From contig NC_086097.1 in NCBI RefSeq assembly GCF_963921235.1, forward strand, positions 117,306,001-117,370,000: a stretch of DNA of 64,000 bases, given 5' to 3'. The position numbers were made by a program, and so were the translations under genes. The notes under the pieces were generated by a model, which did not search any database, was not told the DNA's origin, and saw only the letters and a program-made list of their open reading frames with translations. Source of the stretch: Mobula hypostoma (Eukaryota). Of this stretch, positions 13,268 to 25,245 are shown piece by piece (position 1 is the first letter of the stretch; each line of letters begins with the position of its first letter).

Positions 13268-15050
13268 GTGGACACTGCAGAGATTGAGTGTTGGTGTGAT
13301 TCAGAAAGATTACTTGTAGCTAATGCTTGTATTTTGAGCTGAGCGGATATCTGCACCTCAGATGAATTGTTGCCTAGGATTTTAAGTACTGTTACAGCAT
13401 TAGAAAAAGTTATGATCATGGAACGCCAGTTTTGCAAAATGGCAGGCAAAAACTTTGCTTTAGTTCAGACTAGCACTAACATAAGGGCAGTAGATCTGTC
13501 TTGTATCATTGGAGCACCCGGAGACAGAGGGCCATGGACCATCCGTACTTTCAGAGAAGGGGGGAAGTGTAGGTGAGGGTGCTGAGTTGAATGTCAAGTT
13601 TCCCGTAGTTGACGATGGTGGAAAAATATGAGACTTGGGCTGGGCAAACCTCTTAGTTACTGGATGATTGGCAGTGCTCAGATAATATGAAAAAAACAAA
13701 GACTGGCAGAGAGCTTAAAGGGGCCGGCAGCTGATATAGTGAGATTCGTCAAGGCATAAAATCCATTTGCCATGTCAACTAATTATCTGCAAGTTCTGGA
13801 AGATGCATTTGGCACTGCTGGAAGTGCAGCCGAACTTAGGATGAAGTTTGGGAACACATTCCTGGAGGAAGGAGGGAAGCTGTCTGCCTACGTTTCCATG
13901 TTGGAGAAGCTGCTGCACTGTTTGTGCCACAAAGGGGGAAATTCAACTGTCTGAGAGAAACTGCTTGTGGGTGGAGCAAGTTGTGAAGGGCACACTGTCA
14001 CATGAGATGGTTGCTCTATGTATTTGAATGACCCACAAGATGTGCCCTCCTCCACCTTTTACTGACTTACTCAGAGAAGTTAGAGAGGAGGAACACGTGA
14101 TGGAGGAGCAGGAGGCCTCCGTTAGCATGATACAGTCTTTGGTAGTGGCCTCTGTTGCTTAAGTTACCCCTGATGTTCCACAAGGGTTGGGTTTGTGGCA
14201 GATTTGAGAGCTGAGGTATCTTGGTTAATATCGGCAGGTGCTGTCACCAAGCATACCAAAGCCGATAGGGAACCAGGCCACTGATGGGACATACTAAGGG
14301 GAGGGCCGCTGCTGAACGGGTCCCTTCAGCAGAGAAGTGACTCATATTTTCTGTTACAACTGTGGAGAAGATGGTCATTTCAAGCAGGAGTGTGAAGGAC
14401 AGGGAAATCTTCGGAAAGTAAATCAACAGTAAATCAAACAGAGAAAAGGTAAAACTACAGAGGGACCCAGTAAAGGAATGGCCTGACGTTTTGGAGAGGA
14501 TACGCCCCTACCAGTGTATCAAGAGAAATACTAAAGTACAAAACACTTTACCTGGAGGTTTAGTGGGATGAAGCTCTGATGTACCTATATGGATTGAAGG
14601 TGTTTATGCTAGAGCCATATTTGACACAAGTTCTCAAGTTACATTGCTTTATGGATCCTTTTATAACTGGTATTTGATGCATTTACCATTGACGCCACTC
14701 AGTGCTCTTGAGATTTGGGGGCTTAGTACTAGTGAGTACATATACAATGGCTACTTGTTGTTGAAACTGGAGTTTTCAGAAGCAGATGTTGGAGTAACTA
14801 AGACTATTGACACAGCAGTGTTAGTTTGACCGGATCCAGTTGAAAAGGGTGGAGCTTCCATTCTTGTGGGAACAAATACTGTCGTTGTGAGAAGGCTTCT
14901 GGGAGCATGCAAGGAGAGGAGTGGAGAGAACATTTTGAACATCCTGCCCATTCACCCTCTGTTCAGAGCTGCTTCTCAGAAGAGGCAAGTTTCTCTTATG
15001 CAATACAATGAACAGAAACAAGGAACCATGTGTTACACCCAGTCTACTCC
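13268..15050 (+). pseudogene. Disabled PNMA-like gag, CCHC zinc knuckle and aspartic protease of the Gypsy element
   Basis: RLAESLKGPAADIVRFVKA, YLQVLEDAFGTAGS..KLSAYVSMLEKLL (PNMA-like capsid); CYNCGEDGHFKQEC at 14352-14393; VPIWIEGVYARAIFDTSSQV at 14581-14640. Many stops and frameshifts. Confidence 0.82.
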
Positions 15051-15712
15051 TCTCATGTAAGGTCCTGGAGTAGTAGCTAGAGTGACAGGAACCCCAGAAT
15101 TTGTCGGAGTATCCGAGAAATGGAGAAGAAGTTTAACTGAGAAGACGTTGGTATGCGAAGATACGGTTTCTACTGACGAGGCTAAAGTTGATTACCCCGG
15201 GAGTACTTGCCACACTATTTGTGCGGCCGAGGGCACTCCTTTCCGAAAGAGGTCTTGAAGGTTAGCACCAAGGCGGGTGAGGATGTTTGACCGCACCGTG
15301 TTAAGCTGATGGAAGTTAAATTTGGTTGTGGAGCAGAGGTGCCTGAGCTGCTGGAAGACATGAGTGGTGGACAGAGAGAGGCACCCTCCTGTAGACAGGA
15401 GGATCACAAGGAGTGGTTGAAGCTGGGGGAGCTGAAGATGGGATAAGGAGGTCTCAAAGAATTAGGAAGCCCCAGATAGGCTGGCCTATTACATACCGGG
15501 GTAACTGAGTGCTGTGTCTATCCCCCTAGTGAGATATGTCATGACCATTCACAAATGGATTGGAGGCTCTGACGTCACAAAATTCCGATGAAAACTGCTC
15601 ATTGGTGATCGGTTGATAAGGTTCAAAGGCATGAGGGCATGACTATTTTTGGTGGGGGGTGAGAGTGTAATGCTCTGGTTAAGATTTTTACTGCCTTGCT
15701 CTAGGAATTTCA

Positions 15713-16404
15713 TTAGATTAGATTAGTTTTTTTTAAGATTATGAGGACACTCAGTCCTCGTTTACTGTCATTTAGAAATGCATGCGTTAAGAAATGATAC
15801 AATGTTCCTCCAGAGTGATATCACAAAAAAAAACAGGACAAACCAAAGACTAACACTGACAAGACCACATAATTATAACATATAGTTACAGCAGTGCAAA
15901 GCAATACCATAATTTGATAAAGAGCAGAGCATGGGAACGGTAAAAAAAACCCTCAAAGTTCCGATCAACTCCCGATAGTCCTGATAGCAGGCGGCAAAAG
16001 GGAGAAACTCTCCCTGCCATAGACTTCCTGGCACCGACAACTGCCAATGCATTGGAAGTACCGACTACAGCCAACTCTGAGTCCATCCGAAAACTTCGAG
16101 CCTCCGACCAGCCCTCCGACACCGAGCACCGAGCACCACATCTGCCGAACGCTTCAACTCCGCCCCGGCCGCCGAGCAACAAGCAAAGCTGAGGACTCGG
16201 GGCCTTCTCCTCCAGAGATTCTGGACCACACAGTAGCAGTGGCAGCGAAGAAGGCATTTCGGAAGTTTCTCCAGATGTTCCCCCATACTCTCACGTCTGT
16301 CTCCATCAAATCAGGATTGTGCACAGCACCCTACTTGACAGATTACAGATATCATTCACACGAGTGGCTGCTGCGCGCTGCGTCACACCGCCATCTTCTC
16401 CTCC
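15713..16404 (-). mobile_element. ~690-bp non-coding retroposon, copy 1, inserted in the Gypsy 3' LTR
   Basis: Homologous to 31602-32276. Minus strand starts GGAGGAGAAGATGGCG and ends in a (TAATC)n/A-rich tail. Confidence 0.75.
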
Positions 16405-16860
16405 TTATAGCAGTCTGTTCGGCTTTCAGCCTGTTGGGTTAGAGCTAAGATAAGAGGCTTGTTATGCAATTTAGGAATAAGCTGTCAGCCAATTAGGAGA
16501 GTGGAATTGGCAGAAGGTTCTGGAGAACACTGGGTTGAAGGTCCTTGTTGGTGGGAGCTGGGAGAAGACAGGAGGGAAGATGGCTGAGGATGCCGTCCCT
16601 GTTGCACAAGGTGCTTTGTGCAGATGAATGGCTTCAAGGAGGAAGAACCAATACTCCCATGGGGGAGCCTGTTTGTTCAAGATAGATTTCAAGTGACATT
16701 TGGAAGGTGGTGTGAGCTTTCATGAAGACCAAGGGTCCAGCGTGTGAGTGACAGACAAGTTCAAGATGAGCTCCAACTTAAGTGCACATTTGACTTTTTA
16801 AGAGTAAAGGGCCCTTTATGTTTTTTTTTTCCTCACTTTCTTTCTTTTAATAGCTGTTTG

Positions 16861-17532
16861 AACCATAGAACCATAGAACCATAGAACTTAAACAGCACGG
16901 AAACAGGTCTTTTGGCCCTTCTTGGCTGTGCCGAACCATTTTTCTGCCTAGTCCCACTGACCTGCACCTGGACCATATCCCTCCATACACCTCTCAGCTA
17001 TGCACCTGTCCAAGCTTTTCTTAAGAGTTAAAAGTGAGCCCACATTTACCACTTCATCTGGCAGTTCATTCCACACTCCCACCACTCTCTCTGTGAAGAA
17101 GCCTCCCCCCACATGTTCCCTTTAAACTTTTCCCCCTTCTCCCTTAACCCACGTCCTCTGTTTTTTTTTCTCCCCAAGCCTCAGTGGAAAAAGCCTGCTT
17201 GCATTCACTCTATCTATACCCATCATAATTTCATATACCTCTATCAAATTTCCCCTCATTCTCCTACGCTCCAGGGAATAAAGTCCTAACCTATTCAACC
17301 TTTCTCTGTAACTCACTTTCTCAAGTCCCCGCAACATCCTTGTAAACCTTCTCTGCACTCTTTCAACCTTATTAATATCCTTCCTGTAATTTGGTGACCA
17401 AAACTGCACACAATACTCCAAATTCAGCCTTATACAACTTCACCATAACATTCCAACTCTTATACTCAATACTTCGATTTATAAAGGCCAATGTACCAAA
17501 AGCTCTCTTTGCAGCCCTACCTACCTGTGACA
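16861..17532 (-). mobile_element. CR1 LINE 3' fragment in the Gypsy 3' LTR
   Basis: EYCVQFWSPNYRKDINKVERVQRRFTRM; (AACCATAG)n tail at 16861-16886. Confidence 0.9.
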
Positions 17533-17845
17533 TTTAATGTTTTAGGCATCCGTTAGTCTCATGACACCATGGATTTGTGCCTTGGAAGGTTTACAGGGCG
17601 CAGGCCTGGGCAAAGTTGTATGGAAGACCAGCAGTTACCCATGCTGCAAGTCTCCCCTCTCCACACCACCGATGTTGTCCAAGGGAAGGGCATTAGGACC
17701 CATACAGCTTGGCACTGGTGTCGTCGCAGAACAGTGTGTGGTTAAGTGCCTTGCTCAAGGACACACACGCTGCATCAGCCAAGGCTCGAACTAGTGACCT
17801 TCAAATCAATAGATGAACACATTAATCACTTGGCCACGCGCCAAC
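17533..17845 (-). mobile_element. tRNA-derived SINE with CORE-like segment
   Basis: Minus strand: A box TGGCCAAGTGA, B box AGTTCGAGCC, then GTGTCCTTGAGCAAGGCACTTAACC. Confidence 0.7.
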
Positions 17846-19229
17846 GTGCTAATTTGCTTAAATTAACATTCTTATACACTTCTTTCTAATTGTATGCCAT
17901 GTACGATCTGTTATTCCTTGCCAGGGGCAGTAACTCACACAGCATTCACACAAACTGGGGTTTGGTTGGGCGGGACGTCTCAACCTCACAGATTTGACAG
18001 GACCAAAGTTGTCCACACCCTAGATGTACAAAGCCGGAGAAAGGTGGGTTCATATCCGCAGGATCCAGTGCCTGTTAGTGAGGGGCTAACGAGCAGGCTT
18101 TCCAGAGGTGCCCGGTAAAAGGATGTTTCATTTTGTTCCTCTGCTAAAAACAAGAAATCCATTGAATACCCCAATCTCTTCTCAGCCGTGAGACCTGTGC
18201 CGCATGATGATAGTGTTCCAGGACCGAAACCACCAGAGACATGGAGTCTGGATGAGGCGAACGAAGATAAAGGAGCCATGACGCTCGAGCCAGGAATAGA
18301 AAATGCCACTGACAGTGACACAGATTTTGAACCTTTTATGTCTGATTACTCAATCTGAGTTAAATGACCTCGTCAGAGACTTGGGCTTGTCAAAGGCAAA
18401 AGCAGAATTACTGGGTTGAAGACTGCAAGGATGGATTCTGCTGTCACCAGGCACAACAAGTTCCTAGAAGGATTTCAATATTTGAGACAAATGTTCCCCA
18501 GAATAACTGATGCTAAGATTAAGGAAGACATTTTTGTTGGTCCGCAGCTCAAAGATGTCATCAGCGACAAGCATACAAAACAATGAAGTGCAATGTGTCA
18601 CTGAAAATTAATTTTCTGCATTCCCACTTAGACTTCTACCCTGCAAATCTTGGCGTTGTAAAAGGTTTCACCAGGACAATGGGGTCATGGAGAAACAGTG
18701 TCAGGGCAACTTGAATCATCAATGCTGGCTGAATATTGTTGGAAACTGAGTACAAATGAAAATCATCAACAAAACATTTTTAGTTTAGTTGAACTTTTCC
18801 AACGCTTCAGCACCATTATGCAATTCAACCCATTATATTCAATAAAAGTTAATGTCTTGATTCTCCAAATTTTAATGTGATACAAGCAGTCTGAAATTAT
18901 ACTTGTGTTCAGCTTCAAGTGATCTATCATAACTGCAAAAACAGTCCAGTGGAAACAACACGTTTGAAAAAAAATTGCTATCCAGTGCCAAGGTCAAAGT
19001 CACTTAGATCTTATTTCTTCCCTAGTTTGATGTTTGATGTGAACAACAACTAGACCTCTTGACTATATCAGCATACTTCTATGCATTGAATTGCTGTTAT
19101 ATGACTGGCTGATTTGATATTTGCATTAACAGGAGGTGTACATGTGTACTCAATAAGGTGGCCACTGTGTGTATGGTGCATTTTGACAAAAGTACTGAGT
19201 AATTATCTTATCAATGGGACCCGGAGTGA

Positions 19230-22200
19230 TACAGCAGTGCAAGAAGTACATGGAGTAAAGCCAGATCTAACATATAAAGAGGATTTGAGGAAAGAGAAGC
19301 AGAATAAAGGGTGTAAAGGTAGCAAGGTAGAAGGGCTAAAGTGCATGTACTTCAATGCAAGCAGCATCAGGAACAAAGGTGATGAACTGAGAGCTTGGAT
19401 ACATACATGGAATTATGATGTACTGGCCATTACAGAGACTTGGCTGGCACCAGGGCAGGAATGGATTCTCAATATTCCTGTTTTTTTCTCTATAATAAAA
19501 TTACTGTATTTCAATGTTACGAATTAATTAATCTGTATGAATATAGGGTAAGTAGTCTTTATATGTGACTTAGTATAATGTATTGATTTTTTTTCTTGTA
19601 CTCTGTATTCTTATATGTAAAATTAATAATAGAAGTATTGGAAAGAAAAAAATATTCCTGGATTTCAGTGCTTTAAAAGGGATGGCGGGGGGAAGGGGAG
19701 GAGTGGTGGCATTACTGGTCAGGGATACTGTTACAGCTACAGAAAGGGTGGGTAATGTAGCAATATCCTCTTTTGAGTCAGTATGGATGGAAGTCAGGAA
19801 CAGGAAGGGAGCAGTTACTCTATTGGGAGTATTCTATAGGCCCCCTGGTAGCAGCAGAGTTAGCGAGGAGAAGATTGGGAGGCAGATTTTGGAAAGGTGT
19901 AAAAATAACAGGGATGTTATCATGGGTGACTTCAACTTCCCTAATATTGATTGGCACCTGATTAGTTCCAATGGTTTAGAAGGGGCAGAGTTTGTAAAGT
20001 GTGTCCAGGACAGATTCCTGTTACAGTATGTTGACAGGCCGACTAGGGGAAATGCCATACTAGATCTAGTATTAGGTAACGAACCAGCTCAGGTCACAGA
20101 TCTCTCACTGGGTGAGCATCTGGGGGACAGTGACCACTGCTCCCTGGCCTTTAGCATTATCATGGAAAATGATAGAGTCAGAGAGGACAGGAAAACTTTT
20201 AATTGGGGAAGGGCAAATTATGAGCTATAAGGCTAAAATTTGCGGGTGTGAATTGGGATGTTTTTTTTGCAGGGAAATGTACTATGGACATGTGGTCGAT
20301 GTTTAGGGATCTCCTGCAGGATGTCAGGGATAAATTTGTCCCGGTGAGGAAGATAAAGAATGGTAGGGTGAAGGAACCATGGGTGACAAGTGAGGTGGAA
20401 AATCTAGTCAGGTGGAAGAAGGCAACATACATGAGGTTTAGGAAGCAAGGATCAGATGGGTCTATTGAGGAATACAGGGTAGCAAGAAAGGAGCTTAAGA
20501 AGGGGCTGAGGAGAGCAAGAAGGGGGCATGAGAAGGCCTTGGTGAGTAGGGTAAAAGAAAACTCCAAAGCATTCTTCAATTATGTAAAGAACAAAATGAA
20601 GACAGGAGTGAAGATAGGACCGATTAGAGATAAAGATGGGAAGATGTGCCTGGAGGCTGTGGAAATGAGTGAGGTCCTCAATGAATACTTCTCTTCGGTA
20701 TTCACCAATGAGAGGGAATTTGATGATGGTGAGGACAATATGAGTGAGGTTGATGTTCTGGAGCATGTTGATATTAAGGGTGAGGAGGTGTTGGAGTTGT
20801 TAAAATACAATAGGATGGGTAAGTCCCCAGGGTCTGACAGAACATTCCCCAGGCTGCTCCATGAGGTGAAGGAAGAGATTGCTGAGCCTCTGGCTAGGAT
20901 CTTTATGTCCTCATTGTCCACGGGAATGGTACCGGAGGATTGAAGAGAGGCGAATGTTGTCCCCTTGTTCAAAAAAGGTAGTAGGGATAGTCCAGGTAAT
21001 TAAAGACCAGTGAGCCTTATGTCTGTGGTGGGAAAGCTGTTGGAAAAGATTCTTAGAGATAGGATCTCTGGGCATTTAGAGAATCATGTTCTGATCAAGG
21101 ACAGTCAGCATGGCTTTGTGAAGGGCAGATCGTGTCTAACAATCCTGATAGAGTTCTTTGAGGAAGTGACCAGGCATATAGATGAGGGTAGTGCAGTGGA
21201 TGTTATCTACATGGATTTTAGTAAGGCATTTGACAAGGTTCCACACGGTAGTCAAAATGCATGGGATCCAGGGAAGTTTGGCCAGGTAGATTCAGAATTG
21301 TCTTGCCTGCAGAAAGCAAAGGGTCGTGGTGAAGGGACTATATTCGGATTGGAGGATTGTGACTCGGTGTCCCACAAGGATCGGTTCTGGGACCTCTACT
21401 TTTCGTGATTTTTATTAACGACCTGGATGTGGGGGTAGAAAGGTGGGTTGGCAAGTTTGAAGATGACACAAAGGTTGACAGTGTTGTGGATAGTGTAGAG
21501 GATTGTCGAAGATTGCAGAGAGACATTAATAGGATGCAGAAGTGGGCTGAGAAGAGGCAGATAGAGTTCAACCCGGAGAAGTGTGAAGTGGTACACTTTG
21601 GAAGGACAAACTCCAAGGCAGAGTACTTGGTAGTGTGGAGGAGCAGAGGTATCTGGGGGTACATGTCCACAGATCCCTGAAAGTTGCCTCACAGGTAGAT
21701 AAGGTAGTTAATAAAGCTTATGGGGTGTTAGCTTTCATAAGTCGAGGGATAGAGTCGCGAGGTAATGATGCATCTCTATAAACCTCTGGTTAGGCCACAC
21801 TTGGAGTACAGTGTCCAGTTCTGGTCACTTCACTATAGGAAGGATGTGGAAGGATTGGAAAGGGTACAGAGGAGATTTACCAGGATGCTGCCTGGATTAG
21901 AGAGTATGCATTATGATCAGAGATTAAGGGAGCTAGGGCTTTACTCTGGAGAGAAGGAGGATGAGAGGAGACATGATAGAGGTATACAAGATATTAAGAG
22001 AAATAGATAGAGTGGACAGCTAGCGGCTCTTCCCCAGAGCACCACTGCTCAATACAAGAGGACACAGCTTTAATCAGGGATGGGAAGTTCAAGGGGGATA
22101 TTAGAGGAAGGTTTTTCACTCATAGAGTGGTTGGTGCATGGAATGCACTGCCTGAGTCAGTGGTGGAGGCAGATACACTAGTGAAATTTAAGAGACTACT

Positions 22201-22326
22201 AGATAGGTATATGGAGGAATTTAAGTTGGGGTGTTATATGGGAGGCAGGGTTTAAGGGTTGGCACAACATTGTGGGCCAAAGGGCCTGTACTGTTCTATG
22301 TCTATGTCTATGTCTATGTCTATGTC
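19230..22326 (+). mobile_element. CR1 LINE, 5'-truncated, disabled ORF2 (APE endonuclease and RT)
   Basis: YFNASSIRNK, AITETWL, MGDFNFP, SDH, QHGFVKGRSC, YMDFSKAFDKVPH, KFEDDTK; (TCTATG)n tail at ~22294-22326. Confidence 0.93.
19481..19650 (+). mobile_element. 170-bp AT-rich insertion (probable L1/Tx1-type 3' end) with a 10-bp TSD
   Basis: AATATTCCTG duplicated at 19471-19480 and 19651-19660; the insert ends ggaaagaaaaa and interrupts the CR1 endonuclease frame. Confidence 0.75.
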
Positions 22327-22759
22327 AATATTATCTAAATTTTATTACCATCATATTTCAGGCTAATACTGAAAAGAGCTGACATCTTAAATGTGTGGAT
22401 TTAATATTAAATTCTTGTGTGTGAGTCATTGTCTGTTCTAAACTGTGCTGAAAAGGTAAGGGAACTTCTTCTCAAAAAGTTCCAACTGGTATGAGGTAGG
22501 TGCCTTCTCAACTCCCTAACCTGGGAATGCAATTGCCTGGGTTTTCCAGGCATTGTGGCATCCACCATGGCAATTCCATACCTCAGGATTCTGACAGCAG
22601 TTGAGTCAACCATATTATTGTGGATCTGAAATGACTCACAGAAACTTTGGCCAATGACCCGAGATTTCCTCCCTCGTGAACATAAATGAGCCAGTTGTGT
22701 TTTAATGAGAATTCAGCAGGCTCATAATTACTTTTACTGGTAACAGCTTGTTAAAAATT

Positions 22760-23150
22760 TTAAACGCAAGAGATTTTGCAGATGCACACACACAATACAG
22801 TTCATGCAGCATCTGCGGAAGCGGGGCCCTGTGGGTGGAAATAACACTTTGATAGTTCAGCCAGAGGTCTTTCATCAGGACTGGAAAGGAACGGGGTGAA
22901 AGTCAGAATAAGAAGGGGTGGGGGATGAGAAAGGCTTCCAGCTGGCAGGTGATAGGTGAGACCAGGTGAGGTGGAAGGCGGGTGGGTGGGGGAAGGGCAC
23001 GTCCAAAACTGGGAGGTGATAGAAAGAAGAGGTAGAGGGCTGAAGAAGGAATCTAGTAGGAGAGGAGTATGGACCATGGGAGAAAGAGGAAGAGGAGGAG
23101 GTGCACCAGAGAAAGATGTGGGCAGATGAAGGGAAGAGAAGGGGAGAATT
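22760..23150 (-). mobile_element. Penelope-like element 3' fragment
   Basis: gcagcatctg...tttcatcaggact followed by a purine-rich tract, as at 33828-34230. Confidence 0.65.
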
Positions 23151-25245
23151 AAGCTTCTTATTTCTAGATTTATTTTCCCACGGTCTGGGTTGTCAGTTCA
23201 GCTGCAGAACCACTAAACTGCCAAAATCACCATCCACACAGTCAGGTCTTTCAAATCTTCCAAACTGACACTATTAGGTGTTCACATTTTCTTCCGCCTG
23301 ATGATTCACTTACTATGAGGTTGCACAAATTAGAAATGAGTTGCTCGTGAAATTCAATAATTGACCAAATGTGATCACCATTTCATTTTTTTGTTCTATT
23401 TTGTAGGAGTGCACGTTTTCAGATTAGGTTATCGATCATGGTGTGAAGTACTGAGAGTCTGGCATTGTGTAACAACTAACTTGCTCATATCATGAGTTGA
23501 TGGAAGTAGAAGAGCTGTATCAGTTATCATGCTAAACATGATTTAAGAAGAAAACATGAACTACTAATGCCAGTCATTCTGTTTCAGAGCGTTCACTGCC
23601 TAGGGAGGGCAAAGCCCCCAGGAGACACAGATGCACATTAACCTTTAAAAGCTAAGGGCTGGAAGAATCAAGAGTTAAGTTGACCAGCAAATTTCATTGA
23701 AGAGAGCTTTATTGACGTGCTAATAATCTGCAGAGATGAACTATAGAATTAACAACAGCATAGCAATATAGTGCCTTTAACGAAGGCACCTTAAGAGAGG
23801 AAATATGGGCAGGAATACAGAGAGACCTTGGGGTTTTGGCACACAAATACATGCCCGTTGTTGTGAATCAATTAATAAAAACACTTGGAGGAGAACAAAG
23901 GGGTCGTGAAGTTAAAATTCTTACAGAGATGAGATGGGAAGGGTTGGCCTTTTGAGAAATTTGAAGACAAGGAAAAGAATATTAAAAATGATGTGTTGCT
24001 TAGCTAGGAATTAATAAAGGCCTGCACACACAGCATAGCGGATGAAGTTAAGGCAGAGGTAAAAACAAATTTCTGATGCTGGCCTGAAAAAAAATGTAAT
24101 AGTCAAACCTAGCACTAAGTTGTATGAATTTCAGCAGCAAATAAAATGAGCTTGGATGGAGCTGTAAAGGAGATGGAAATAAACTGCATTAATAATGGCA
24201 TGGCAGTGTTGTTAGGAGTTGATTCCAGGATCAATTATCGCGGCAACAGTAGAAACAATCAGGTTCCATCAGAAATTCCAGGGAGAGGTGACAAGGTTAT
24301 GGATTGGCCCTTACATTTATTTGGAGGGAAGTTCTTCCCCATCTGACTCACTATGGCAAAATTGAACGTGTCAGGTTCATTTGGACATATTTTGCTAAGC
24401 ACTTGAATGATGAGAGTCACCACATGGTTGAGAGATAGAAAAAGAGTAAAGAGAAATCTCAGTAAACACCCAGAAATAAAAATAAACACTCAGGTTATGA
24501 AGACAGGAACACGTCATTGTCTGGTCACAAATAGGAAAAAAAAGATAAACACTTGAAAGACTTAAACCTGAAATCTTCATAGAAACTGAAGAAAGAGACA
24601 ATCTGCATGGATTACAGATTAACTTGACTGCCAACACTCCATTCAAAATGCAATATTAATGTCTATCTGCCAAGCTGTATGATTCATAGATGTAGTTGTG
24701 TTGGGTTGATGGTCGTCGTTTTAGTTAACATAAAATCCCGTAGGATCCTTGACATTTGTTGTCACTATTTAAATATTTTAGTCAGGTTTGAACCGTTTTT
24801 GGTGGATCGGTTAAATCACTTTCACCTGAAAATCAGAAAGAAAATACTTTATATAAATCAAAGGGTTCCTTCTTTTCAATTTGCAGCTCCTTCTAAGGCT
24901 TAATTGGGTCAAAAGAAATCAAATAAATAACTGCATATTTTTTCTACATAGCTTTGCCCTCTCACCTTAATGTTAAAGACAGTCAGACAATGTCACTTCA
25001 ACCTTTCCTGAGAGCTATTGCAATAATTTGGAGACCCACTTTGGATTTGCTCATGTTTAAGAAAGTGAGTATCCTTACAGATGAGAATTGGGGATAAGAG
25101 ACAATAACTTAATGTAATCACAAGATCACATCTTGTAATTATCACCCCAAGTATTAAAAATTCATCTCTGAACTACTAAATGCTCCCCTTTTCTGAACTA
25201 ATTGGAACTTTGTATAAAATTATTTCATCTGTAAGATCTAATACG

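Larger units (their letters stand above)
8201..18130 (+). mobile_element. Ty3/Gypsy LTR retrotransposon with PNMA-like gag, lacking RT/RNase H/integrase; 5' LTR 8201-13143 and 3' LTR 15666-18130, both interrupted
   Basis: TGTAAC/TGTAAT...TTTCA LTR pair with matching internal text, PBS at 13148, purine tract ggtggggggtgagag at 15651-15665. It splits the Chapaev3 transposase (LNSVSG | SAKNKK). Confidence 0.88.
7497..18987 (+). mobile_element. Chapaev3-like (CMC superfamily) DNA transposon, degraded and internally deleted; pieces 7497-8200 and 18131-18987
   Basis: Imperfect TIRs CACTGGACAACAAA / TTGCTATCCAGTG. Transposase remnants: HICGEYILKSQR..KKAYELYFGCEIDGQDK..HMCCTTC, PMIWR-like..DCYF, then after the Gypsy insertion SAKNKKSIEYPNL..RPVPHDDS, LITQSELNDLVRDLGLSKAKAELLG, FPRITDAKIKEDIFVGPQ, SLKINFLHSHLDF, RFHQD, SMLAEYCWKL. 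Family name from recalled motifs. Confidence 0.75.
7030..19171 (-). mobile_element. Tc1-derived non-autonomous element, copy A, split into 7030-7496 and 18988-19171 by an 11.5-kb insertion
   Basis: The halves (...caccaacaa | ccaaggtcaaagtcacttagatc...) join into the same ~550-bp element seen intact at 32378, 36983, 52616 and 63371; TA flanks and gtggccactgtgtg|ta terminus. Confidence 0.85.

Noticed and set aside
13268..14430. Domesticated PNMA host gene
   Set aside because: Multiple stops and frameshifts, and it sits between LTRs with a PBS and PPT.
17770..17845. tRNA gene (also ~48120-48188)
   Set aside because: The A/B boxes continue into SINE bodies and no complete cloverleaf is evident.
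8196..18135. Clean target-site duplication for the Gypsy element
   Set aside because: The flanks TCTG and TTTT differ at two of four positions, so the boundaries rest on LTR termini and transposase continuity instead.
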